From the human T2T-CHM13v2.0 reference genome, Homo sapiens: 64,000 nt of DNA. The notes under the pieces are model-generated. The model saw only the letters and a program-made list of their open reading frames with translations. It had not been told where the DNA came from and searched no databases. Location of the stretch: NCBI RefSeq assembly GCF_009914755.1, contig NC_060926.1; one strand, given 5' to 3'. This document shows positions 25,731 through 41,747 of this stretch, piece after piece; within the stretch, counting starts at the first letter, position 1, and every line of letters begins with the position of its first letter. The position numbers and the translations under genes are program-made.

Positions 25731-28271
25731 AAAGAGAGTCTATCATGTGCTATAAGTGGCACACATCATACGCATGCAGAGCTTCAAATTTTATCTCACT
25801 GTATATGCATCATAACTTTTACTTCCAGGGGGGTGTGAAGTGGAGATGCTTTTCCACATTCCTCCTGCTACATATAATTGAGTCTCTGGACGTTATTTAA
25901 AAAGCAAACATGAGAAGATTCTAAAAGTTGGAGAGAACAAGGCATATGGGCTAGAAACCTTAGGATTTGAAGAAAAACAAAGCAGTGTGTTCCTGGATTT
26001 TCATTTTGCCTCATATATTCCAGATTTAGAGCCATTGAAGTTGGCAACCATAAAATGGAACCATCACAGATCAAAAAGGCCAAACAAAATCTTACTTTCT
26101 CTAGCCAAGGAATGAGAAAAAGGGAAAAACCAGAAAGACAAAAACTTTTAGAATATAGTTGCTTTGTTATAACAAACACCACAGAAAAACTGGCTCACTC
26201 TCACCCCACTAGCAAAGTCTGATGGAAGTGCAGAAGCCTGTGCTTCCCCCTTACCAAGCTGTTATAGGCACTCTAACCCCTTGCCAGGCTGTGTCAGAAA
26301 AGGCTGGGTAGGGAGTCAGGAATTCCTACTGGGAAGTAACAAGCTCATCCCACTTCTCCACAGTGTTAGTAGAGACAACATGGGGAGCCAGGATTTCTTA
26401 ACTCCACATCCTCCTGCTGGCCTGGGTAGTATCAGAGAAGCCCTAGTGGAGAGTTGGAATATTCACCGTTTCCCAGTGACAACAAGGCCACCTTCCCTCC
26501 TCCACTGCATTCCATGGTGTCAGTGGAAACCAGTTGGGAGGTGAAAGGAAACATTCCCAACTCTCTCAGCCAAACAGATATCAGTGGAGGACTAACAGGG
26601 AGCCAAAAACCCCACCGCCACACAAAAGTAACAAGGAGCCTCCACGTTCAGGTTTCAAAATGTCCAGGTTTCAATGGAAAATAACTTAACATACCAAGAA
26701 CCAAGAAGGTCTCAAACTGAATTTTTAAAAATCAATAGATGCCAATACACTGTATTATGTAATTCTAAATGTACGAAGGGGGAATATTTAAGACAATTAT
26801 ATTATAAATGAGGAAGAAAAATGTGGCATTACGGGAAGTATGTTTTCTACACTCAAACTGGTAAAATGACAACACTTTTAAACTATGAAAAATTGTGCAT
26901 ATATAATTTAACACCAAGAGCAATCACTAAAAAACTATATGAAAGAGATTCTCTTGTATCAAATCTAAGGATAAATCAAAATGAAATTCTAAAAAATATT
27001 CATATAATCACCAGGAAGCATAAAAAAAGAAAACACATAGAAAAACAGAGAGAACAAATATAAAACAAAAAATAAAATTTCAGACTTAAGCATTAATACA
27101 TTAATAAATCCAATAAATGTAAATAATTCAAATCATTGTAAAGACAAGAGTTGGCTAAAGACAATTAAAAGACAAGAGTTGACTAAAACATAACCAAACA
27201 ATAGGTTGATGACAAGAAACTCACTCAAATATAACAATATAGTCAGGGTAAACGTAATAAAAAGGGGAAAAGATGTATCATAAAAACATTAAATAAAGGA
27301 AGGTAGGGAGAGCATCCTGGGGAGCTGCAAGAGTAAGAAACACGAGGAATCTGTCTCCCTGCTTAGGCAATAATTGCACTGACAGAGTATGTCTGATATA
27401 ACTGTTTTGGAAATCTGGAGTCTATTGAAGGCTTGCAACTTTCAGGGAAACATTTGGATGGTACATTGCAGTTAACTTTGATTTCAGCTCAGTCAATTTT
27501 AGCTCTTAGCACAGTAACAGCTACCCATTTCCTATCCCCACCCCTGTGGCAGGCAGCTGTGCATGTATTCCTGCAGCAGCTTGTTGCACACAGCTTGAAG
27601 GAGCCAGGATAAGCAAAATGGACCCTGTCCTCTAAGTATCAGGCATATGTGCTTAGATTGATGATTGCTGCTTCTGATCAGAGAGGTACAGACAAAGAGG
27701 TGGTGGGTCTTTGCTGTTACACCTTATTCCATTGTTGCAAACCCCTTCCCATCCAGCTGAAATGACTTCCAGAGATTTAAAGGGCTGGCACCCTATTTCC
27801 ACTCCCTTTTTCATTTTTCTCTTTTTCTCCTTTTGGGAGCCAGATATTAAAGATAAGGACATTCACAAACAACTGAATATATGGGGAAAATTAGAAAGTT
27901 AACACACATGACCACAGAAAGATGCAAGCTCAGAGAATACCAGTAAAGACCTTATGTTTACACCTCAGGCTGATCCTTGGCACAGAGACAGACTAAAGCA
28001 ATTTTTATAAACAAACAAAACAATAACAAAAAGCAAACAACCTTGAGGAAAAAGAAGAGTCTGCATCCCAGAGTTACCACATCATTAAATTGAAATACCC
28101 AACTTTCAACAAAAAAAAAACACAAGGCATTCAAAAAAAAAAGAGGAAAATATAGCCCATTCAAAGGAAAAAATAGTCAACAGAAACTGCCCCTGAAAAA
28201 GACCTAACAGCAGATCTACTCAAAAAAGACTTTAAAATAACTGTCTTGAAGATACTTTAAGAACTGGAAAA

Positions 28272-29080
28272 GAGGGAGGGTGGAGCAAGATGGCCAAACG
28301 GAAACCTGCAACAATGATCCCCACTGCAGGAAGACCAATTTAACAACTATCTACACACACAAAAAGCACCTTCGTAAAAACAGAAAATCAGATAAGCAAT
28401 CACAGTACTTGGTTTTAACTTCATATTGCTGAAAGAGGCACTGAAGAAGGTAAGAAACATAGTCTTGAATTGCCAATGATGCCCCTCCCCTATCCCTCTG
28501 GCAGCAGCCACATAGCACAGAGAGACAATCTGTAAACCTGGGAAATGGACAGTACAGTGATTGTGGGGCTCTGCATTGAACTCAATGCTGCCCTGTCACA
28601 ATGGAAAGTAAAGCTGGGCTAAACTCAGCCAATGCCAACACACACAGGGAGCATATAGATCAGCCCTAGCCAGAGGGGAATCACCCATCCCAGCAGTTGG
28701 AACTTGAATTTTCACAAGACTTACCACCATGGGCTTAAGTGCTCTGGGATCCTAAACAAACTTGAGAGGCAGTCTAGGCCACAAGGACTGCAATTCCTGG
28801 GCAAGTCCTAGTGCTGTGCTGGGCTTAGAGTCAGTGAACATTGGACACCAGCCAGGGTGGCTAAGGAAGTGCTTGTGCCATTCCTCCTGCAACACCAGGC
28901 AACACAACTCACAACAAAATTTACTCCCACCATCTGCTTAAGGAAAGGAAAGCAAAGAGTAAAGAGGGCTTTATTTTGTATCTTAGAAGTGATTATTATG
29001 CACTGCATGCCTGTATCAAAATACTTCATGTACCTCATGAATATATACACCTACTACATACCCAAAAAATAAAATTTAAA
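28272..29080 (+). mobile_element. Internally deleted L1MA-like element (5' UTR joined to 3' end)
   Basis: Starts gagggtggagcaagatggcc; ends gcatgcctgtatcaaaatac...catacccaaaaaataaaa. Confidence 0.65.
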
Positions 29081-29300
29081 AGCCTAGGCAACATAGTGAG
29101 ACCTCATCTCTATTAAATTTATTTATTTATTTATCCAGGCATGGATGGCACACACCTGTAGTCCTAGCTACTCAAGAGGCTAAGGCAGAAGGATCACCTG
29201 AGCCAAGGAGGTTGAGGCTGCAGTGAGCTAACTGAACCATGTACTACAGCCTGGATGACAGAGCAAGAACCTGTCTCAATAAATAAATAAATAAATAAAC
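29081..29300 (+). mobile_element. 5'-truncated AluJ
   Basis: End of left arm plus right arm with J-type ggatcacctgagcc; (TAAA)n tail. Confidence 0.8.
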
Positions 29301-32300
29301 TAAAAGTAAATGTGGATGAAGTCAAGAAAACAATGTATAAAACAAAATGACAATACAAATAAAGATTTTGAAAACCTAAAAAGAACATCTGGAGCTAAAA
29401 ATTAAAATAACAGAAATGAAAAATTTACTAGAGGGCTTTGAGGGAAGATATGAGTAGGCAAAAGAAAGAATCAGAGAACTCAAAGATAAGGCAATGGAAA
29501 TCATCAAGTCTGAGGAACAAAAAGAAAACAAAATTGAAGAAAAGTGAGCAGAGCCCAAGAGACCTGTGAGACATCATCAAGGGGCTCAACATACACACCA
29601 TGAGAGTCCCAGACAACGCAGAGAGAAAGAAAGGAGTAGAGAGAATACGGGAAGAAATAATGGTGAAAAATTCTTCGAATTTGAAAAAAGACATGAACAT
29701 AAACCTCCAAGAAGCTCAATTAACTCCAAGTAAGATGAATTCATAGATACCCACATGGATATACATTATAATCAAACTTTCCAAATACAAAGGCAAAGAG
29801 AAAATCTTGAAAGCAGCAAGAGATAGAAATGACTTGTCACATACCAAGCATCTGCAATAAGATTATCTACAAATTTCTCATCAGAAATTTTAGAGATAAG
29901 AAGGCAGTGGGCTGATATTTTCAAAGTGCTAATATAAAAAAGAAACTGTCAAGCAAGAACACCATATCTGGCAAAACTTGAAAGTGAGGAGAAACTTAAG
30001 ACATTCCCAGCTAAACAAAAGCTGAGATAGCTTGCTGCCCTACATCTGCCATGCCAAAACTGTTAAAGGGAGTCCTGCAGGTTAAAATGAAAGCATACTA
30101 TACAGTAACTAGAATCTATATAAAGAAATAAAAATATCAATGAAGGTAAACATAGGGACATTGTAAAAGGTGGTATGATTATAACAATGTTTCTTGACTT
30201 TGTGTTCTGTACATGATTTAAGAAACTAATACTTTTTAAAAAAACAATTATTAGTCTAAAAGTTAATATCACTGAAACTATGGTTTCTAACTCATTATTT
30301 TTTCCATAGAAGAGTTTAATGCATTTCAAGGAATTATTTATGTTTTGTGACACATGATATATAAAGTTGCAATTTTGTGACATTAACAATCAAAGAGAGA
30401 TGGGAAGGAGCTGTTAAAGTAGCAGAGTTTTATGTTATTGAAATTAAGCTGGTTTATAAGTTAGAATGTTATAAATTTAGGATGTTAAATGTAATTCCAA
30501 TGGTAACTGCAAAGAAAATAGCTATAGAATATATACAAAAGGGAACAAGGGATGGGGAGTTATACGGTGTAGAGAAAACAAATATAAAAATTATAGAAGT
30601 AAGTTCCTCCTTTTCAGTAATAGCATACATGAAAATGTATTAAACTCTTCAACCAATATAGATGAGCAGAATGGATTTTTTAAATGATCCAAATATATGC
30701 TGTCTACAAGAGACTCACTTTAGCTCCAAAGACACAAATAAATTGAAAGTGGAAAAATGGAAGATGACATTTCATGCAAATGGAAATGAAAAAAGAGCAG
30801 ATGTGGCTGTACTAACAGGCAAAATGGACTTTAAATTTTTTTAAAAATGGTTACAAGAAACAAAAAAAGTACTTAATCTTAAAAGGTTCAGTATAGCAAG
30901 AAGATAGAAGACTTATGAGCATTTATGCACCTAATGACAGACCATCAAAATAAAGACAGTGAAAACTTCAGAATTGAAGTAAAAAGAGACATTTCTGCAA
31001 TAATAGTTAAAGAATTCAATACCACACTGTCAAAAATGAATAGAATAACTAGACAGAATATAAGTAATGACATAGAGAACTTAACACAATAAACCAACTA
31101 GATCTAACAGAAATATACAAAACAACTCTGACCACAACAGGATAAAGTTAGAAATCAATAACAAAAGTAAAACTGAAAAATCTATAAATATGTGAAAATT
31201 TTAAAACACATTCTTTAAAAAAATTAATGGATCAAAAGAGAAAGCAAAGGGAAATTAGAAAATACTTAGATATGAATGAAAATGACAACATAACATACTA
31301 AAACTTATAGGATGCAGCAAAAGTAGTGTTAAGCATGAAATTTGAAACTACAAATGATTATATTAAAAACAAGGAAGATCCTATATCAGCCAACTAACTT
31401 TACAACTTAAGGAGCTAGAAAAGAATAAGCTAAACCCAAAGCTACCAGAAAGAAGGAATAATTAAGATTAGAACAAAGATCAAAGAAATCAAGAATAGAA
31501 AAACAAGGGTAAAACCAATAAAACCAAATGCTCCTTCTTTAAAAATTTTTTTTAAAAATGACAATTCTACACTTAGATTGACTAAGAAAAATAGAGACAA
31601 GACTCATATTACTAAAATCATAAATAAAAGTGGGACATTACTACTTATTCTATGGGAATAAAAAGAATTCTAAGACAGCACTATGAACAATTGTACCCCC
31701 CAAAATTGGATAACCTACATGAAAAAGTTCAGATTCCTAGAAATACTAAACCTACCACGACTAAATCATAAAGAAATAGAAAATTTGAAAAGACTTATAA
31801 CTAGTAAGGAGATTACATAAGTAATCAAAAATCAAAATCTCATAATGAAAAAAAAAAGCCCTTGATCTAACAGTTTCACTGGTGAATTCTACCAGTAGTA
31901 GAAATACTTCTACCATTTAAAGAACTAACCCCAATTGTTCTCAAACTTTTCCAAAAAAAAAATGAAGAGGAGAGAGAACACTTCCTGACTTATTCTATGA
32001 GGTCAGCATTATTCTGACACCAAATTTAGACACAGACACTATCAGAAAAGAAAATTATAGAGCAGTATTTTTTATGAACATCAAAGCAATTTTTTAAACA
32101 AAATACTAGCAAACCAAATTGAGCAGCATATAAACAGAATTATAGACCATGATCAAGTAAGACTTAATTCTAGAATGCAAGGATAACTCAAAATACAAAA
32201 ATCAATCAGTGTAATCCATAGCGTTGTCAGGCTTACAGAGGGTAAAACACGTGGTCAATTAATTGATGCAGAAAAAGCATTTGAAAAATTCACTCTTTCA

Positions 32301-33149
32301 TGATAAAAGCACCAACCAAACTGAGAATGGAAGGCAACTTCCTCAACATAATAAAATCTGTATATTAAAAACCCAAAGCAAACGTACTCAAAGATGAAAG
32401 CTCTTCTTTTAAAATCAGGAACAAGGCAAGGGTGCTGCTTTTGCCATTTCTATTCAACATAGTGCTAGAAGTTTTAGCCAGAGCAATTAGACAAGGAAAA
32501 GAAATCAAAGAGATACAAATCAGAAAGAAGGAACTAAAATTATCTCTGCTTACAGATGATATGATCATGTGTCTAGAACACTCTAACGATTCCACATACA
32601 TTTTTAAAAAACTGTTAATAGACGAATTAAGCAAAGTAGCAGGATAGAGAGTTGACACACAAAAATCAGTTGCATTTCTATACACTTACAATAAACAATA
32701 TGAAAAGGATATTAAGAAAGTCTCATTTACGATAGCATCAAAACAAATAAAATACTTAGGAATTAACTAAAGACGTGAAAGACTTGTACAGTAAAAAATT
32801 ATAAAATATTGCTGAAAGAAGTTAAAGAAGAATATAAAAATGGAAAACATTCCATGTTCATGGACTGGAAGACAATATTTTTCAAATGTCCATACTACCA
32901 ACACAATCTATTGACTCAATACAATCCCTATCAAAATTCCAATGACTTTTTTTTTTTCAGAAATAAAACAGTCCACTATAAAATTCAAATGGAATCTCAA
33001 GAGACATCAAAAAGCCAAAACAATTTTGAAAAAGGAGAAAAAATATTGAGGACTCTCATTTCCTGATTTCAAATCTTACTAAAAACTATAGTAATCAAAG
33101 CAATATAGTACTGGCATATAGACAATAAAAGCCTATAAAGACAAAGACA

Positions 33150-33906
<757 letters not shown>

Positions 33907-33996
33907 GTCTAAAAGGCACATAGACCTGTGAAATACAATACAGAGTCCAGAAATAAACCCTAATATATATGGTTAAATGATTTTTGACAAGGGTGC

Positions 33997-34736
33997 TATG
34001 ATGGTTGATTTTGGATGTGACCTTGACTGGATTAAGGGATACCCAGCAGCTGATAAAGTACAAATTATTCTCAATGCTTCAGTAGAAACTGATCATGTCT
34101 CCCTTCTGTAAAAGGGAAACCCAAGTGATTTAGCATTTGACTCTAATGATTGGGCTACCCCAGGTGCATCTGTGAGGGTGTTTCTGGAAGAGATTGGCAT
34201 TTGAGTTGGTGGACTGGGTGGAGAAGATCTGCCCTCAATGTGGGTGATGGAATAAAAATGTAAAGGAAGGACAAATTCTTGATCTGTCTTCTGGAGCCAG
34301 AATTCATTTCTTCTACCCTTTTCAAGTGTACATGGGCTATATACCATGGTAGATTATATTTGTATCATGAGACAAGTTCAGATTCTCTGGTCTTTGGACT
34401 TTAGGACTTGCACCAGCAATTCTCCAGGCTCTCGGGCTTTCAGTCCTGGACTGAGAATTGCAACATTGGCTTCCATGGTTCTAAGGCCATCAGACTTGGA
34501 ATGAGCCATGCTACCAGCTTCCCTGGCACTCCAGCTTACAGATGATCTGTTATGAAACTTCTCAGCCTACATAATCAAGTGAGTCAATTCCCCTAATAAA
34601 TCCTTTCTTATATCTCCCCCGCCTCTCTCTACATAGATAGATAGATAGATATAGATATAGTTAGATAGATACAGATATAGATATAGATATATATCTCCTA
34701 TTAATTCTGTCTCTCTGAAGAACCCTGATTAAAACA
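33997..34736 (+). mobile_element. MLT2B (ERVL) LTR with internal (GATA)-rich simple repeat ~34634-34695
   Basis: tgatggttgatttt...ttgactggattaagggatacc ... gaagaaccctgattaaaaca. Confidence 0.8.
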
Positions 34737-35801
34737 GATGTCAAGACCATTCAGTGGAGAAAGAACAGTCTTTTCAGCAAATCATGCTGGGAAAACTGGA
34801 TATCCATATGCAAAATAAATAAATTAGACCCTTACCTAATACTATATAGAAAAATTAACTCAAAATTGATCAAAGACCTAAACATAAGAAAAAAACTATA
34901 AAATTCTTAAAAGAAAACGTAGGACAAAAGCATCATGATACTGTATCTGGCAGTGATTTCTTGGATATGCTACCAAAGGTGCAGCCAACAAAAGAAAAAA
35001 CAGAAAAACTGAACTTCATGGAGAATCTTTAAAATTGTACATCAAAGACACTATTAATAGAGGAAAAGGGCAACCCACAGAATGGGAGAAAGTATTTGCA
35101 AAGCATATATCTGACAAGAGATTGACATCCAGAATATATAAAGCACTCCTAAAACTCAACAACAACAACAAAAAATTGGGCAATGGACTCGAATAAATGT
35201 CTCTCCAAAGAAGCTATGCAAATGGCCCATAAGAACCTGAAAAGATGCTCAACATCACTAATCTTTAGGGAAATTAAAATCAAAACTACAATGAGATACC
35301 ATCTCCAACCAAACCAATTAAGATGGCTACTATTAAGAAAACAAAAAATAACAAGTCTTGGCAAAGATGTGGAGAAACTGGAACACTTGTGCCCTGATAG
35401 TAGAAATGTAAAATGGTGCAGCCACTGAGGAAAACAATATGGTGGTTACTCAAAAATTAAAAATAGAATTACTACATGACATAGCAAATCTACTTCTGAA
35501 TATGCATCTAAAAGAACTGAAAACAGGGTCTTGAAGCAATATTTGTGCACACATTGATAGAAGCATTATTCACAATAGCTAAAATGTGGAAGCAATCAAG
35601 TGTCTATTGACAGATGAATAAATGGATAAGCAAAATGTGGTATATACTTACAATGGCTTTATAAAGGAAGAAAATTCTAACACGTACTATAACATGGATG
35701 AACCCTGAGAGCAATGTGCTAAGTGAAATAAGCCAGTCACGAGAAGACAAATTCCATATGATTCACTTATATGAGGTAGTTAAAAGTAGTCAAAAGCATA
35801 G

Positions 35802-36164
<363 letters not shown>

Positions 36165-38118
36165 ATTATTTTCTTACTAGGTACAGAGTTTCAGTTTTAT
36201 AAGATAAAGAGTCATGAGCTAAATAGAAGTGATGGTTGCACAACATTAAGAATGTATTTAATGTCACTCAAAATGGTTCAAATGTTAAGTTCTATTATGT
36301 GTATTTTGCCACAATAAAAAATAATAAATGTTAAAAGTAAAAATGAAGTAGAGTTACTATACTAATTTCAGATAAAGTAGACTCTGAGCAAACAAAATTA
36401 CCAGAATTAGAGAGGGACATTATATAATGATAAAATGGTAAGTTAACCATGAAGATATAGAAGTCTTAAATGTGTGTGCATCAAGCAACAAACTGGCAAA
36501 TTATATGAAGCAAAACCAGAAGGAAAAATAAATAGATCTACTATTAAAGCTGAAGGCTTCAACACCCATTTCTAAACCATAGATAGGAAAACCAGAAAAC
36601 TAGGAAAACTAGAAAATCAGCAAAGATATAAAAGAACTCAACAACACTATCAACCAACAAGATATAATCAACATTTCTATTACACAGCATCAAACAACAG
36701 CAGAATGCACATTCTTTTCAAGTGGCCATGGGATATATACCACAGTAGACCACATCTTATATCATAAGGCAATCCTAGACAAATTTTTAAAAAGTAAAAT
36801 TATACAGAATATGTCACCTGGCCATAATAGAAACAAAACAGAGATCAGACATAATAATAACAAGAAATTCTCCAAAACTTAGAAACTAAACAGCATACTT
36901 TTAAATAATTCATGGATCAAAGACCAAGTCTCAAGGTAAATTAAAAACTACATTCATCTTTGTTTTTGTAACCACTTTAAAAAATAAACTAGGTAATTTA
37001 TTTCTTAATTTTCAATATCCCCAAAATAGAGATATCCTTGTCCAGATGGCTTTACTGCAGAATTCTACCAAACATTTAAGTAATTAATACCAATTCTATG
37101 TGATTTCTTCCAAAAAATAGAAGAGCTTCTCAATTCATTTTATAAAGCTTGTATTACCCTAATCCAAAAAAAAAAAAGGTAAAGATAAACCAGATAAAGA
37201 CAGTGCAAAGAAGAACAAGAAAAAAATTACAGGCTACTAGTCCCCATAAAAATTGATGCAAAAACATTTAACAAACAGAATTCAGTAATTCTATATGAAG
37301 AATTATATAGCATGACCAACTGGAGATATAGTTCAGAGATGCAAGGCTGGTATACTTAAAAATCAATTGATGTAACCCACCTTATTAACAGAATAAAAAA
37401 AGAGAAATAACCTGATTATATCAATCATTTAAAAATTTTATAAAATTCAATTTCTATTAATGATAAAATTATAAGAAATAGAAAATAAGAGTAGAGGAAA
37501 ACTTCCTGAACTTGATAAGGAACATCTACAGCTAACATTATATCGAACAGTCAGTAACTGAATGTTTTTTCCTTAAGATCGTGAACAAGACAAAGATGTG
37601 CATTCTTACTACTTTTATTCAACAACATGCTAGAAATTCTAGTCAGTGTAATAAGGTAAGAAAAAAATTTATAGATTAGAAAAGGAGAAATAAAAGTCAT
37701 TTGCAAATCACATGATTATCTATGTGGGAAATCCCCAAAAATATACAGAAAAAAACCCCTCACTTCTAATAGATTATTTCAGTGAATTTGCAGGATACAA
37801 AATACACAATTAAATTTCTATTTGCTACTAATGAATATGTTGACACTGAAATTTAAAAATATCACCAAATTTACGATGACCCCAAAACTACCATATTTTG
37901 TTGTAAATCTAACCAAACATGTACAAGGGTTCTATAGTGAAAACTCCAAAGAATTAATAAAATAAATTAAAGATCTTTTTTAAATGGTGACATATCATGT
38001 TCATGGATTAAAAGACTCAATATAGCAAGGATATTAATTCTCCCCCAAAATGACAATGCAATTTTTATTACATCCCAGAAATTTTTAAAAAATATAGACA
38101 AGATAATTCTAAAATGTA

Positions 38119-38482
38119 CACATGCTCCTCAACTTACAATGAGATTACTTCCTGATAAAACCATTGTTTTCAATATATCAGAAGTTGAAAATACATTTAA
38201 TACAACTAACCCACCAAATATAACAGCTTAGCTTGCTTTACCTTAAACTTACTCAGAACACTTACATTAACCTACAGTTCAGCAAAATAATCTAGCACAA
38301 AGCCTATTTTATAATAAAGTGTTGAATATGTCATGCAATTTATTTAATAGTACTGTGCTAAAAGTGAAAAACAGAACAGTGTGTGGACACTGCGTATGGT
38401 TTCTACTGAATGCATTTTGCTTTCATACCTTCATATAGTCAAAAAGTTTTAAGTAGAACTGTTGAATTTCAGGGACCATCTG
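38119..38482. mobile_element. MER47A (Tigger-family) DNA element
   Basis: cacatgctcctcaacttacaatg ... gggaccatctg with TA target duplication. Confidence 0.75.
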
Positions 38483-38851
38483 TATACGGAAAGTCAAAGG
38501 AACTTGGATAACTAAAATAATTGGAAAAAAAAAGTCAGAGTTCCTATCAGATTTAAGACTTATTAAATAGTTATAGTGATCAAGACTATGTGCTGTTGGT
38601 GGTGGGATAGACACATAGATTGACAAAACAGAATATAGGACCCAGAAATAGAGCCATAAAAATAGGCTCAAATGATTTTTTATAAAGGTGGAGAAGCAAA
38701 TCAATGGAGGAAAATTAGCCTTTCAGTCAGGAGACAATCCTCAGGATCTAGGACTAAGCAAAGAGGTCTCAGACTTGACACCAAAAGCACCATCCATAAA
38801 AGGAAAACTCATAAATTGGACTTCATCAAAATTTAAAACTTTTGCACTTCA

Positions 38852-40430
38852 GGGGAGTGATATCAGCAAGATGGTAGAATAAATGGTCCCTCACCTCATT
38901 ATTCCACAGAAACATCAAGCTAACAATAATATACACACCAAAATACCTTTGTGAGACTACTTTTATGAGAAGTTGCAAGCATCCTAGATGAGCACAAAAT
39001 GAAGAACAGCCACATTAAAACAAATAAGAAGAGCAATTACACTTTACCTATGTCAGCCTCTCCCCAAAGCCAGCACAGATCAATGCCAAGGGATATTGCC
39101 TCAACCCACACTTCTCTCATTAGGAGGGGAAGAGAAGTGGAATGACCATCCGGCATCCCAGTCTTTCAGTGAATTGTCCAAGGGGACAGTTTCTATCTTG
39201 CCCCACATGGAACATTGACAGTACTGCCATAGTTTGGACCCCTCGGTCAACTCAACAATGGAAAGGGCGTAAACAGATTGTTACAGGATAGCAGAGCTCT
39301 GTGAGATTGGGAGAAATTGCAGAACCTAGGCATCTCACCAAGAAGAGAGAAGAGTGGTGTATACCTCCAACCTCTTGGTCTTTCACTACATTGCCAGAAG
39401 AATGCCAGTCCCTGTTCCACTCAACCCAAAGGACTGACAGAATGAGTATAGTTTGATGGGGGCAGCTAAGAACAAAGGAAAAGAGGCAGTCAGCTTGCTA
39501 TGTGAGAGGCTCTCCAAATCTCTAGCTGGGCTAATTGATGAAGGTCTTTAACTGTCAACACCACTCCATAAAAACTGGGAGAGATGGCTGTTTTTTCAAA
39601 TGTGCAGACACCAAGGCAAAGCTACAAGAAACATAAAAAATCTGGGAAACATGACACAATCAAAGGAAAAAACAAATCTCCAGCAACCAACCCTACAGAA
39701 GTGGAGATCTTTTAGATGCCTGACAAAGAATTCAAAATACTTATCATAAAGAAGTTTAATGAGTTACGAGAGGAAACATATGAACAACCAAAGGAAATCA
39801 GGAAAGTAATACCTGAAAAATGAGATTCTCAGTAAACAGATAGGAACTATACAAAGAACCAGACAAATTCTGCATCTGAGGAATCTAATTGCTGAAAGAA
39901 AAACAATCAATAGAAAGCTTCAAACACAGAATTGATCAAACCTAAGAAGGAATCAGTGAACTCAAAGACAAGTTATTTGAAATTATCCAGTTATAAGTGC
40001 AAAAGAAAAAAGAATGAAAGAGTTAAGAAAGCCTAAGGGACATATGAGACATCATCAAGACAACAAATATATACATTATGGTGATTCTAGAAGGAAAGCA
40101 GAGAGACAATAGGAAAAAAAGCTTATTTAAAGAAACAATCACTGAAAATTTCTCAAATTCCAGAAGGGAAATGAACACTCAGATTCATGAAGCTGAAAGC
40201 ACCACAAATAGGATGAATATAAAGAAATCTAGACCAAGACACATTACAATCAAATTGCCAAAATACAGAGACAAAGAAATTGTCGAAGGCAGCAAGAGAA
40301 ATGTGACACGTCACATACAAGGACACATCAATAATACCATCAGATTTCTCATAAGAAGCCTTACACACCAGAAGACAGTGGAATGACACATTCAAACAGC
40401 TGAAGAAAAATAAAACTGCCAATTCAACTG
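38852..40430 (+). mobile_element. L1M 5' UTR-ORF1 fragment
   Basis: ggggagtgatatcagcaagatgg start; ORF1-like RPRHITIKL. Confidence 0.75.
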
Positions 40431-41690
40431 AGGTAGGTCCACACCACAGAATACTACTCTGCAATCTAAAGGAAGGATATTTGAGGAGTTTGGACAAAGG
40501 AATAGTAAGCATAGTAAGCAATATATAAATATTAGCTGTCTGTGGTCCTTTGCTGAGATTTCCCTTACTGGATGTCTGAACTAAAATTGATTTCAATGGT
40601 CTAATATAACTCCAACAAGGTATATTAGCTCCCTGTGGCTGCTGTAACAGGGGTTACGGAGGTTTGGACAAAGGAATAGTAAAGGGTTTGGACAAAGGAG
40701 TAGTAAGTTTTGATAAGAGAACTGAAAAGACTTGAAGGCTAGTCAATTTCTAGGAAAAATAAACCTTTTGGAGCATGATAGTGCACATCTGTGAGGGATC
40801 TTGAGATAATTCCTATCCGTAGGAATTCCTTCCTACCCATAACAGGAAGGATAATTCTACTACTTGTTATCTTCCAAGTGATAGCTAAAACCTACGGCCA
40901 ACAGTCTTTTAGAAGTAGAATACCACATAACATCTGTTGTGAGTACACTTGCAACCGATCTAGGAGAAAGGGAAAAAGACCCGGGTATCTTTCTCAAAAA
41001 ATGTCTTACCTCAATCTAGAAGATTGAAGATAAACACTAACTCCCTGAAAAAAAAGTTGAGCCTGTCACTCACACATGCTTAATATGAATGCTTTAATCA
41101 AATCATAATCAGATGGTACTTGCCCTACCTAATAGCAACTCCACTGTGAAAATGAGCACTGTGATTACGGAGATGAAGAGGTCATTTTTGCAACTGGAGA
41201 CAACTTGGAGAAAGAAGAGCTCTAGGTATAGTTTTTCAATATGGACATTCCCTGTGGTATTGGATATCCCCAGGGAACACTGCCTCAGGAGAAGCAGTTA
41301 GAGAAGAATCCTAAAACAAATGTGGAAAAACAGAAAGATCATTTTGCCTGAAGTCTCTTGATGGTTGCCTTGCATGTTGAGAATGATCACACAAGGTGAC
41401 TTTGGCTCATCCCTTCTAAGGTGGCGGATAAGGAGTAGTCAGTGATGCAGGATTTCATTTTGCTTTTCCCTGGCATCAATTTGCATTTTTCACCTGGCTC
41501 TCTGGAAACATGTTGCTTTAAACATTCCTTCCATTACTCAAATGGTAGAAATTTCCAACATGTTTCAGGACCATGAAAAATATGTAGGGACAGATGGTTC
41601 TTCGGTATCAATCAGACTGTGTTCATGTAGGCTTATTCTGTTTATGTGCCCTGGTGATGAATAGTCCTGGTAAGATGGCCTCTATCCTGA

Positions 41691-41692
<2 letters not shown>

Positions 41693-41747
<55 letters not shown>

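Noticed and set aside
27140-27190. Duplicated aaagacaagagttg(g/a)ctaaa
   Set aside because: Ordinary slippage duplication in a dead L1
40488-40706. CRISPR-like repeat-spacer array
   Set aside because: Human DNA, only three copies with gaps of 153 and 3 bp, and no cas genes
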